64,000 bases of DNA from an uncultured Acidobacteriota bacterium. Its GTDB lineage: Bacteria > Acidobacteriota > UBA6911. The stretch covers positions 75,695 through 139,694 of the forward strand of contig CAVVHG010000013.1 in NCBI GenBank assembly GCA_963747985.1, read 5' to 3'. Shown piece by piece: positions 23,952 through 32,932 of the stretch (position 1 is its first letter; each line of letters opens with the position of its first letter). Both the position numbers and the translations under genes were made by a program. Below the pieces are notes generated by a model. The model did no database searches and was not told where the DNA came from. It saw only the letters and a program-made list of their open reading frames with translations.

Positions 23952-25667
23952 ATGACCAGCCTCTGCATCAAGCAAGGGAATGGCCAGGCCAGTGCTCTCG
24001 ACCTGACTGCTGACATCTATTCCATCGGCCGCTCTGCCGAGAACGACATCGTGCTCGACGGCGGCAGGGTTTCGCGACGCCACGCGAAACTGCAGCGGGC
24101 GGGCGATGACTACACGATCGTTGACCTGGGGAGTCACAACGGAACCTTCGTCAACGGCCTGCGCCTTCAACAGGCCGCAGTGCTCAAGCCGGGCGACGAG
24201 ATCGGTGTCGGCCCGCATGTACTCATCTTCGGGCCGCCTGCGGAGGCGACTGCGGTCATGGGCCCGGTGACGGTCAGCCTCGAAAAGGACTATGCGGATC
24301 TCCTTTCCGAGGCCACCTCGGTCTTCCTCAAGGCCAAACCGGCCGGCGAAGACACGCGGCCGCCCGAGTCGGCTCAGAAGGAGCAGCGGACCCTCCGTCT
24401 TCTATTCGACCTGAGCAACGCTCTGTCCGCGCTTTACTCGGTTCAGGAGGTTTCGGAGAAGGCCCTCGACATACTGCTCGAGAGCACCAGGGCGGAACAG
24501 GGGGCCATCTTTCTGCTCAACGAGAACAAGTCACTGCAACTCGCGACGGTACACGTGCGGGGCGCCCCGGCGGGAACTCGCCCCGTTGTCGAGCTGTCGT
24601 CGACCATCGCCGATCGGATTCTCAGGGAACGCAAGGGCATCCTCACCGCAGACGCAGCCACGGACGACCGCTTTGCCCACGGATACAGCGTGGTCGTGCG
24701 CCAGTTGCGGTCTTTGGCCTGCGCACCGCTGCTCGGCAAGTCCGGGGATCTGGGGATTCTGTACCTGGAGAACAACAAGTCCATCGGTGCATTCACGCGC
24801 GAGGACCTGAGCCTTCTCTGCGCCGTGGCATCGCAGATCGGGCTGGCGATCGAGAACGCCAGGTTCTTCGACGCCCTGAAGCGGACCAACGAGGAACTGG
24901 AGCAGATTGTCGAGGAGCGCACCGCGGCCCTGAGGGAAACGCAGCTCAAGCTGTTCCAGACGGAGAAGATGGCGGCGCTCTCCCGCCTCGTCGCGGGAGT
25001 GGCGCACGAGATCAACAATCCCCTGGGAGCCCTGAAGTCGAATCTCGATTTGCTGATCCAAATGTTCGATCGTGTCGCCGCGAGCCCCGAACGCCGGGCG
25101 GAGGAGTCGGCCCTCTTCGAAAATCTGGCGGGCCTCGGGCAGACAAGTCTCCTGGCATGCGGGCGCATCGCGTCCGTCGTCCGTTCGCTGACCGCCTTCG
25201 TGCGCCTGGACCAGGCGGAGTTCAAGCCGGCAAGCCTGAATGATGGGGTGCAGACCGTGCTGCAGCTCATGGGGCCCACGGTGCGCCAGGGAGTTCGTAT
25301 CACCACCAGGCTCGGGGATTTGCCCGATATTCCCTGTTATCCTGCGCTCCTGAACCAGGCATTGATGCACCTCATTGAAAACGCGTGCCAGGCGATCAAG
25401 CAAACCGGCGATGTCACGATCGAAACGTCACGCCAGGGCGATCAAGCGGTTTTGAGGATTTGCGACACCGGATGCGGGATTCCGAAAGAGCATCTGCCCA
25501 GGATCTTCGAGCCGGGCTTTACGACCAAGGGTGTCGGCGTGGGAGTAGGAATGGGCCTGGCGGTGGTGCAGAGGATCATTCAGGAGCACCAGGGCACGAT
25601 CGGGGTGGAGAGTGAGGCGGGGAAGGGTTGTCTAGTAACGATCCGCCTGCCTCTTGCGGGCGGCTAG
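23952..25667 (+). CDS. FHA-GAF sensor histidine kinase
   Basis: FHA (IGR, SRRHA, DLGSHNGT), GAF, H-box AHEINNPL, N-box, DTGCGI, FTTK, GMGL. Confidence 0.92.
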   Translation: MTSLCIKQGNGQASALDLTADIYSIGRSAENDIVLDGGRVSRRHAKLQRAGDDYTIVDLGSHNGTFVNGLRLQQAAVLKPGDEIGVGPHVLIFGPPAEATAVMGPVTVSLEKDYADLLSEATSVFLKAKPAGEDTRPPESAQKEQRTLRLLFDLSNALSALYSVQEVSEKALDILLESTRAEQGAIFLLNENKSLQLATVHVRGAPAGTRPVVELSSTIADRILRERKGILTADAATDDRFAHGYSVVVRQLRSLACAPLLGKSGDLGILYLENNKSIGAFTREDLSLLCAVASQIGLAIENARFFDALKRTNEELEQIVEERTAALRETQLKLFQTEKMAALSRLVAGVAHEINNPLGALKSNLDLLIQMFDRVAASPERRAEESALFENLAGLGQTSLLACGRIASVVRSLTAFVRLDQAEFKPASLNDGVQTVLQLMGPTVRQGVRITTRLGDLPDIPCYPALLNQALMHLIENACQAIKQTGDVTIETSRQGDQAVLRICDTGCGIPKEHLPRIFEPGFTTKGVGVGVGMGLAVVQRIIQEHQGTIGVESEAGKGCLVTIRLPLAGG

Positions 25668-25735
25668 ACTGCCCCACCGCCGTTCCGGCGAGACGCGGGT
25701 GACGCGGGACCTCGCGGTCAATCGCAGAGACTCAT

Positions 25736-25837
25736 CGATGTCGGTATCGGAATCGATATTCGAAATTGCGGTCAGCAGACGGAACTCGGGATTGAGGCTG
25801 ACCCGCGCACGAGACCGATCCCGATGCCGATCCCGAC
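25736..25837. repeat. Inverted hexamer-array element, (CGNNAT)n family, copy 3
   Basis: Left CGATGT CGGTAT CGGAAT CGATAT; right ACCGAT CCCGAT GCCGAT CCCGAC; lies between convergent genes. Confidence 0.85.
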
Positions 25838-25906
25838 GCAAAGGCTGACTCTGATTCAATCCACTGCGCCGGTCAGGCAGGAGCTGCACCTTCCCGGTGC
25901 AGTCGA

Positions 25907-27084
25907 TTACCCACCCTCCAGACGGGCAATGATGCGAGCCGAGGCCGTGAGCGCCTCCCGGATTACATCGGGTTCCTGCACAAAGCTGAAGACCAGGTGC
26001 TGCGGGTCGATATCGTAGAAATGTCCGGGGTGGACGAGAACGTGCTCCTCTCGCAGGATTTCCTCGGCTGCCTGTTCCTCGTCGATCCCCCCGATGCCCA
26101 GAGTGACGTAGAATCCCCCGGCCGGCTCCACGAACCTGCATGCCGGCATCCCCGAAAGCAGCCTGCCTGCGATCGCCCACCGGTTTCGGATCTCGGCGGT
26201 GTAGGATGACAAAAACTGTCGGCCCTCCTCGAAAATCTCAGGCACGCAGTCCTGGACCAACTCGCTCACCGGCAGGAAAGTGTCGGAGATCAGTTCGAGC
26301 GCGCTCATTGCCTTCGCCACCTCTTCCGGATCGCCGCTGAGCGCCATCCAGCCGAGCTTCAGACCCGGCAGTGCGAACATCTTGGAGAATCCGTTCAGCG
26401 TCAATACCAGGGGCGCCTCAACCTCGGCGGGTCGCGGCAGCCTGCCCCCCTCAGAAGGAACTCACCGAAGACTTCGTCGCTGACAATTGCGAGCCGGTGG
26501 CGCCGCGCAATCTCCGCCAGGCCCTCCAGTTCCGCGACGCCGGCGACGTGACCAGTGGGATTGTGCGGTGAGATGAGAACAACGGCGCGCGTCCGGGTGG
26601 AAATCACCGATTCGAGACGTTCCAGGTCGATCTGCCAGCCGCGATTCTCGTTCAAGGGATAGGAGATCATCTTCACGCCGCTGAGCGCTGCGATGTAATC
26701 GAAGAGAGGATACGACGGGCGCGGGCACAGGATTTCGTCGCCCTGGTCCGCGAGCAGCTTGAAGCTGTACCAGTAGGAGACACTTGTTCCGGGCGTGAGC
26801 AGTACGCGGCTTGCCGGAATGTCAACGCCGGACTCTCTGTAGTATTGAGAAACCGCTTCGCGTGCTTCAGGCTGGCCGAGAGGGTCCGGCAGGTAGATGC
26901 CTCTGCGGCGCGCCGCCGCGGGGAGCATCTCCTCGAGAAGGGCGGGAGGAAAAACAATCCCGTGCCGGGTCACGTTGCCTGCGACCAGGTCGGTAATCAC
27001 GTGTCCCTGCGACTCGATTTCCCGGCGCAGGCGATAGAGCGGATTGATTTCCCCCTGCAGGCCGGATGAAATATCTGAGAGCAT
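25907..27084 (-). pseudogene. PLP-dependent aminotransferase class I/II, frameshifted (or assembly error)
   Basis: PHNPTG and SDEVF in one frame, LNGFSK..LPGLKLGW in another; frames join if the G6 run at 26445-26450 were G7. Confidence 0.8.
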
Positions 27085-27126
27085 CGTCTGGGAACGGCCT
27101 CTGAGAACAACGCCAACCGGCAGCGA

Positions 27127-27387
<261 letters not shown>

Positions 27388-27609
27388 GGGCTGTCCTCAT
27401 TTATACACAGTTCAAGAATCGGACCGGACCTCCTCTTTATCACCCGGAAACTAGTATTCCGAAAAAGCATGCTGCTGTCCAGATTGTGTCGTGCTTTTGG
27501 CGCTCGCGTTTCGACCGACAGATGTAGAATGAGGACCAGGTGCGCGGCAGGCAACGGGCGCCGGTTGAGAAGGAAAACCGCCGGGAATCAATAGACATCG
27601 GGAGGCTTC

Positions 27610-28776
27610 ATGGATAAAAAGACCGCAGTCGTAGCGCTGATGGCCGTCTTCTCGCTCGCAATCTGCTTCATAATCCTCGGATCGATCTCAGTGGAACTCA
27701 TGGCGGCGCTGGCGATCGACGAGGCCCAGTTCGCATCGCTCGGAATGGCGCTCTTCCTGACTTGCTGCCTCGTGCAGCTGATTATCGGTCCGCTGGTTGA
27801 CAAACTTGGCTACAAGCCGATCGCGATCATGGGTTTCCTCGTTACCAGCCTAAGCCTGTTCCTGCTCGCCTATGCTTCCAGCTACAACGTGGCCATGTTC
27901 GCATGCATCTTGCTGGGAATAGGTGCGATGTCCTGCAACACGGTTGGGAACACCCTGATCCCGGTCATACTGTTCGAAGGCAAGGACCCGGCTCGTGCCA
28001 GCAACCTCGGCAACGCGTTTTTCGGCTTGGGCTATGTACTGACGCCGTGGCTACTCATGCTGTTTCTCAAGCTGCTCGGCCTGAGCTACGTAACCTCGGT
28101 TTCGATAATCGGCGCCGTGGTTTTTCTCTTCCTGATTTTCTCGCTGACACCCAGGTATCCGCAGATCCCCACCGGCTACCAGTTCTCGAGCGCGGTCAAG
28201 TTGCTGGGCAACGGGGCCGTCATCATCGCGGCCCTCTCGCTATTCTGCTACATCTCGCTCGAGATCTCGATGGGCACATGGATCCGGCTGCTGATGACGC
28301 AAATGTACGCGGGGGAGGCGGATGCTTCCACGTATGCCGGCTGGGTCCTCGGCTTCTTCGGCGTCGCGATGATGGTCGGCCGCTTCCTTACCTCGACCGT
28401 GAAGAATCTCACGGCAATGGGAGCCAGGGTGATTACCGCGATGGCCCTTCTGTCGATCGCTGCCATCGTGCTGATGATCGTCACCAAGAGCCCCGCCCTG
28501 GCGATCGCGGCGATTATCCTGACCGGCCTCGCATTCGCCCCGATCTTTCCGACCATTGTCGGTGTGACCTTCGCGAAATTCGAACCGCGGCTCTATGGCA
28601 GCATCTTCGGCATCATCTTCGCCATCGGCCTGCTTGGCGGGACCTTCGTGCCGAAGGTGATTGGCAACCTGAGCGTGGGTTCAACCGTTCAGCAGAGCCT
28701 CGTGATACCGGCGGTGATGGCCGGGATCCTGTTCCTGCTTTCGCTCGTAATAGGCAAGGTCGGGAAGGGTGCTTAG
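27610..28776 (+). CDS. MFS transporter
   Basis: About 12 TM helices, GPLVDKLGYK motif A. Confidence 0.9.
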   Translation: MDKKTAVVALMAVFSLAICFIILGSISVELMAALAIDEAQFASLGMALFLTCCLVQLIIGPLVDKLGYKPIAIMGFLVTSLSLFLLAYASSYNVAMFACILLGIGAMSCNTVGNTLIPVILFEGKDPARASNLGNAFFGLGYVLTPWLLMLFLKLLGLSYVTSVSIIGAVVFLFLIFSLTPRYPQIPTGYQFSSAVKLLGNGAVIIAALSLFCYISLEISMGTWIRLLMTQMYAGEADASTYAGWVLGFFGVAMMVGRFLTSTVKNLTAMGARVITAMALLSIAAIVLMIVTKSPALAIAAIILTGLAFAPIFPTIVGVTFAKFEPRLYGSIFGIIFAIGLLGGTFVPKVIGNLSVGSTVQQSLVIPAVMAGILFLLSLVIGKVGKGA

Positions 28777-28833
28777 GAGCTGCCCGCAGCGCGACGGGCC
28801 TTCCCGAAGCACGGACTCGGGGATGCAGGCTGA

Positions 28834-28867
28834 AGAATTCAGGGTCCTGAATTCAGAATCAGAAGTC
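28834..28867. repeat. Degenerate lone arm of the (AGAATTC)n heptamer family
   Basis: AGAATTC AGGGTCC TGAATTC AGAATC AGAAGTC. Confidence 0.5.
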
Positions 28868-28958
28868 CGCCTCGTGCCTGTGGCAATCCCCCAGGTCGGC
28901 CTTCAGTTTTTCGTCCGGTGCGATTTCGAGCGTACCGAAAGAAGGGCGGAGTCGGCGA

Positions 28959-30182
28959 ATGTGGTTGGCTGACGCCACGCGCGTGCAGAGGAGAACGCTG
29001 CTCGCCGCCTCGCTCGGCTGGATGCTCGACAGCATGGACATCCTGCTCTATTCGATGGTCCTCGCGCACATGATGAGGGACCTCGGGATGAGGGAGGGGA
29101 CGGCCGGACTGATGATGTCACTGACTCTCGCAGCCTCTGCTGTCGGCGGCGTTGTCTTCGGCATCCTCGCCGACCGATTCGGCCGGTCGCGAGCCCTCGC
29201 CGCCAGCATACTCACCTACTCTGTTTTTACCGCCGCGTGCGGCCTGTCGCGAGGGGTGCTGGAACTGGCCGTTTTCCGAATCCTGCTGGGGATTGGTATG
29301 GGAGGGGAGTGGGCGTGCGGTGCGGCGCTTGTCGCGGAGACCTGGCCTGCGGAGCACCGGGGAAAGGCGCTCGGTGTGGTTCAGAGCTCCTGGGCAATCG
29401 GCTATGCGCTCGCCGCCGCGGTGACGGCCCTTGTCCTTCCACGCTGCGGATGGAGGGCGGTCTTCTTCGTGGGCGCGCTTCCCGCGCTGCTTGTCTTCTG
29501 GATCCAGCGCCGGGTCCCGGAACCCGAACTCTGGCTCCGTGCCCGCGATTCGGTCGCGACTCTCGATGGTGCCGGGGGGCTCACCGGACTCTGGCGGGTG
29601 GCATACCGGCGCAACATCGTCGTCGCGGCGACAGCAAATGCCGCCACGATGTTTGCGTGGTGGGGCCTGTTCACCTGGATTCCCGCATATCTGTCCCTCC
29701 CTGCCGGCAAGGGCGGCGCGGGCCTTGATATCGTCAAGACCTCCACGTGGATCATCGTCATGCAGGCGGGAACGTGGCTTGGATACGTGTCCTTCGGCTT
29801 CATCAGCGACCGTATCGGCCGGCGGAGTACCTACGCCGGGTACATTTTCGTGGCGGCGGCTCTCGTCCCGGCCTATGCGGCGGTCCGCGATCCACTGATC
29901 CTCCTGCTGCTGGGGCCCTTGGTGGGTTTTTTCGGGACCGGCTATTTCAGCGGATTTGGCGCCATCACGGCCGAAATTTTTCCGACTCCAATTCGGGCCC
30001 GGGCCCAGGGGCTAACCTACAATCTCGGGCGGGGCATCAGCGCGCTCTCTCCCTACGTTGTGGGTTCGATCGGCGCGGAGCGGGGCCTGGGCTCGGCGTT
30101 TCTCCTGACATCCGGAGCTTTCCTTCTCGCGGGATTCGTGGCTTTGAAACTGCCTGAGACCCTCGGGCGCGAGCTGAGGTAG
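28959..30182 (+). CDS. MFS transporter (sialate/aromatic acid:H+ symporter-like)
   Basis: GWMLDSMD, GILADRFGR, GMGGEW, ETWP..RGKA. Confidence 0.92.
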   Translation: MWLADATRVQRRTLLAASLGWMLDSMDILLYSMVLAHMMRDLGMREGTAGLMMSLTLAASAVGGVVFGILADRFGRSRALAASILTYSVFTAACGLSRGVLELAVFRILLGIGMGGEWACGAALVAETWPAEHRGKALGVVQSSWAIGYALAAAVTALVLPRCGWRAVFFVGALPALLVFWIQRRVPEPELWLRARDSVATLDGAGGLTGLWRVAYRRNIVVAATANAATMFAWWGLFTWIPAYLSLPAGKGGAGLDIVKTSTWIIVMQAGTWLGYVSFGFISDRIGRRSTYAGYIFVAAALVPAYAAVRDPLILLLLGPLVGFFGTGYFSGFGAITAEIFPTPIRARAQGLTYNLGRGISALSPYVVGSIGAERGLGSAFLLTSGAFLLAGFVALKLPETLGRELR

Positions 30183-30187
30183 GAACG

Positions 30188-31549
30188 ATGAAGAAAGCCG
30201 TCGCTGCCGGTTCACTGACGTTGTTCGCCTTCGCCGCGCTCCTGGCGGTCGTCGATTACTTCTCTGCGCTGTCCGTGCCCGCCTGGCTCCTGACCTCTTC
30301 ACGCTGGATCGCAATCGGCGGGCTGATTGCCTACGCGGTGCCGAGGAAATCGTTGACCACCTGGATCCTCGTCAGCATGGTGGTTGGCGCCGAGATAGGA
30401 CACGACTGGCCGTCGGTCGCCGTAACCCTGCGTATCCTGAGCCTGATATTCCTGCGCCTCATCAAGACCATAATCGCCCCGCTCATTTTTGCGACGCTGG
30501 TCGTGGGAATAGCTGGTCACCACGATCTCAAGCAGGTCGGACGGATGGGGATCAAGGCGCTCATCTACTTCGAAGTGGTAACCACTCTTGCTCTCTTCAT
30601 AGGTCTGGCGGCCATCAACATCAGCAGGGCGGGTGTCGGCATCCAGCTCCCGCCGGCCGCGGACAGCGGGCAGCTGGCCGCGGCGAAGCAGACGGCCTCC
30701 GATGCTATTTTGCATGTGTTCCCCGAAAACATTGCCAAGTCCATCGCCGAGGGCCAGGTGCTCCAGATCGTAGTCTTCAGCATCCTGTTCGGAATGGCGC
30801 TGGCCATGTTGTCAGAGAACAGACGCCGCCCGCTGCTGAGCTTTTGCGAGAGCCTGTCTGAAACCATGTTCAAGTTCACCAACCTGGTAATGCTGTTTGC
30901 CCCCGTCGGAGTTGGCGCCGCCATTGCGTACACCGTCGGGCACATGGGGCTCGGGATCCTGGTGAATCTGTTCAAACTCCTGGCCACGCTCTACGTCTCC
31001 CTGATCCTGTTCCTCGTCTTTGTCCTGATGCCCATCGCTCTACTCGCGCGGATCCCGCTCAGGCGATTCGCGAGCGCGATCGCGGAGCCGGTTTCGATCG
31101 CGTTCGCGACTACGAGCTCCGAGGCTGCGCTGCCGCGGGCGATGGAGGCACTGGAAGCGATGGGTGTCCCGCGACACGTCGTGGCTTTCGTTATGCCCAC
31201 GGGATACAGCTTCAACCTCGACGGTACATCACTATACCTTTCGCTCGCATCGGTCTTCGTGGCTCAGGCCGCGGGGATTCACATGAGCTTCGGACAGCAG
31301 CTGCTCATGGTGTTCACACTGATGCTCACGAGCAAGGGGGTGGCGGGAGTGCCGCGAGCCTCCCTGGTCATACTCCTCGGCACGGCAGCCTCATTCGGTC
31401 TGCCTGTCGAGCCGGTCTTCATCATCCTGGGGATCGATGAGCTGATGGACATGGCGCGCACGTCGGTCAACGTAATCGGCAACTGCCTCGCGACCGCAGT
31501 CATCGCCCGCTGGGAGAACGAAATGGAACCGGGCACAATTGGACATTGA
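30188..31549 (+). CDS. Dicarboxylate/amino acid:cation symporter (GltP/DctA family)
   Basis: FLRLIK, AFATTSSEAALP, GYSFNLDGT, SKGVAGVP, DMARTSVN. Confidence 0.95.
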   Translation: MKKAVAAGSLTLFAFAALLAVVDYFSALSVPAWLLTSSRWIAIGGLIAYAVPRKSLTTWILVSMVVGAEIGHDWPSVAVTLRILSLIFLRLIKTIIAPLIFATLVVGIAGHHDLKQVGRMGIKALIYFEVVTTLALFIGLAAINISRAGVGIQLPPAADSGQLAAAKQTASDAILHVFPENIAKSIAEGQVLQIVVFSILFGMALAMLSENRRRPLLSFCESLSETMFKFTNLVMLFAPVGVGAAIAYTVGHMGLGILVNLFKLLATLYVSLILFLVFVLMPIALLARIPLRRFASAIAEPVSIAFATTSSEAALPRAMEALEAMGVPRHVVAFVMPTGYSFNLDGTSLYLSLASVFVAQAAGIHMSFGQQLLMVFTLMLTSKGVAGVPRASLVILLGTAASFGLPVEPVFIILGIDELMDMARTSVNVIGNCLATAVIARWENEMEPGTIGH

Positions 31550-31561
31550 CTCAAATTTCAA

Positions 31562-31669
31562 CCTGGACCTGGACGTAGACGTGGACCAAGACGTGACTTC
31601 TACTTGCTCCGGGAATGACGGCTTGCCAAAGGGGAGTGATTCTCGTCCACGTCCAAGTCTAAGTCCAGG
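31562..31669. repeat. Inverted hexamer-array element, (CNTRGA)n family
   Basis: Left CCTGGA CCTGGA CGTAGA CGTGGA CCAAGA; right GTCCAC GTCCAA GTCTAA GTCCAG; lies between convergent genes. Confidence 0.8.
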
Positions 31670-31693
31670 CTTAGGGGCGTAAGCACGGCCAAC

Positions 31694-32932
31694 CTACGGG
31701 CGCGGCGATTTTCTGAGCAGACGGGCGAGACGGTGCTGGAATGCTGCGTGAAGCCGCTGGTGCTGATCCGGCGGAATCCTGCCTGACTGGTAATTGTCCT
31801 GCAGCCGGGCAAGCGCTTCGCGGATGACCCTGACTGCCATTTCCAGGTCCCCCGAGTGGTGCTCGTGAAAAATGGCGAGCTGCTCATAGGCTTCCATGCC
31901 GACGCGCCTGTCTCCGACCAGCTGTCCCCAGTGGCGACTCGCGGTTTCGTAATCCCGACGCCGCCTCGAGAGGAGGGCAAGGTCATGCCTGGCCGATAGT
32001 TCTGCCGCACCCGAGAGACCCTTCGCGAGCGCCCGTTCACCCAGCTCGAGAGCGAGATCGGGCTCTCCCCTGAGACGCAGCAGCCTCGACATCCCATACA
32101 GCTGATCGCCATCGCAGTCCTTGTCGACTGTCTCCTCGAGCATGCGCACAATGTGGAGAGCGAGCACTGCCATCCCGCGGAGATCCTTCGCGTTATGGTC
32201 GAAAACCTCCACAAGAGGTTCCGGAGGGCCCCCCCGGAGAAACGCGAAGTAGCGTGCCGGTATCGTCTCCGATGGAATGTCCGGCCCGCGATCCAGGCTC
32301 AGAATATGCCGCTCGATCTCCCCCAACGCCACGGATCCGAGGCGCGTTTTCCAGATGACACGCGCCGGGTGGAGGAGGTCGAGGTGCGCCTCGGGCAGCG
32401 GCATCTCCCCAAGGCGACTCATGCGGAAACGCGTCTCGAGCAGCGGACAGTCGAAACTCTTGCCGTTGTACGTCACGAAAACCGGCCTGCCGGCCAGCCG
32501 CCCGGTGAGGTCAAGCAGCATCGATGCTTCCTGGCTATGGTCGGGCATGAAGTACTGCTCGATTGCGAGCCCTGCGTCATCCCACCAGGCGATTCCCACG
32601 AGGAAAGCATACGTGCCGGTTCCGCCGGCAAGCCCCGTCGTCTCCGTGTCGAGGAAGATCCAATTGCGAGGATCTGCAGCGAGTTCGGTCCCGCCCGGGA
32701 AAAGAATGCGATGGGCGCGGGGCCCGACAGGGCTGACGGCAGGGTCCGGAAACCGCCGCCTGGCCACCAGGTGTCGTCCCCGGTCTGTTTCGCGAGGTTC
32801 GGCCTCGAGCAGCCGTGCGATGCGGTCCGCGGCTTCCGCTCCGGCTCTGGAGATCTGCGCTACCCGCCCCGGGGTGTTTCCCGCAGGCCGGAGCGAGATC
32901 AGCCGCGAGTACTTGTCGGTTCCTGTGCTCAT
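31694..32932 (-). CDS. YprB/MrfB-like RNase H-like exonuclease with C-terminal TPR
   Basis: FLDTETTGLAGGTG, TYNGKSFD, HLDLLH, HNAKD; overlaps the helicase stop. Confidence 0.9.
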   Translation of the reverse strand: MSTGTDKYSRLISLRPAGNTPGRVAQISRAGAEAADRIARLLEAEPRETDRGRHLVARRRFPDPAVSPVGPRAHRILFPGGTELAADPRNWIFLDTETTGLAGGTGTYAFLVGIAWWDDAGLAIEQYFMPDHSQEASMLLDLTGRLAGRPVFVTYNGKSFDCPLLETRFRMSRLGEMPLPEAHLDLLHPARVIWKTRLGSVALGEIERHILSLDRGPDIPSETIPARYFAFLRGGPPEPLVEVFDHNAKDLRGMAVLALHIVRMLEETVDKDCDGDQLYGMSRLLRLRGEPDLALELGERALAKGLSGAAELSARHDLALLSRRRRDYETASRHWGQLVGDRRVGMEAYEQLAIFHEHHSGDLEMAVRVIREALARLQDNYQSGRIPPDQHQRLHAAFQHRLARLLRKSPRP

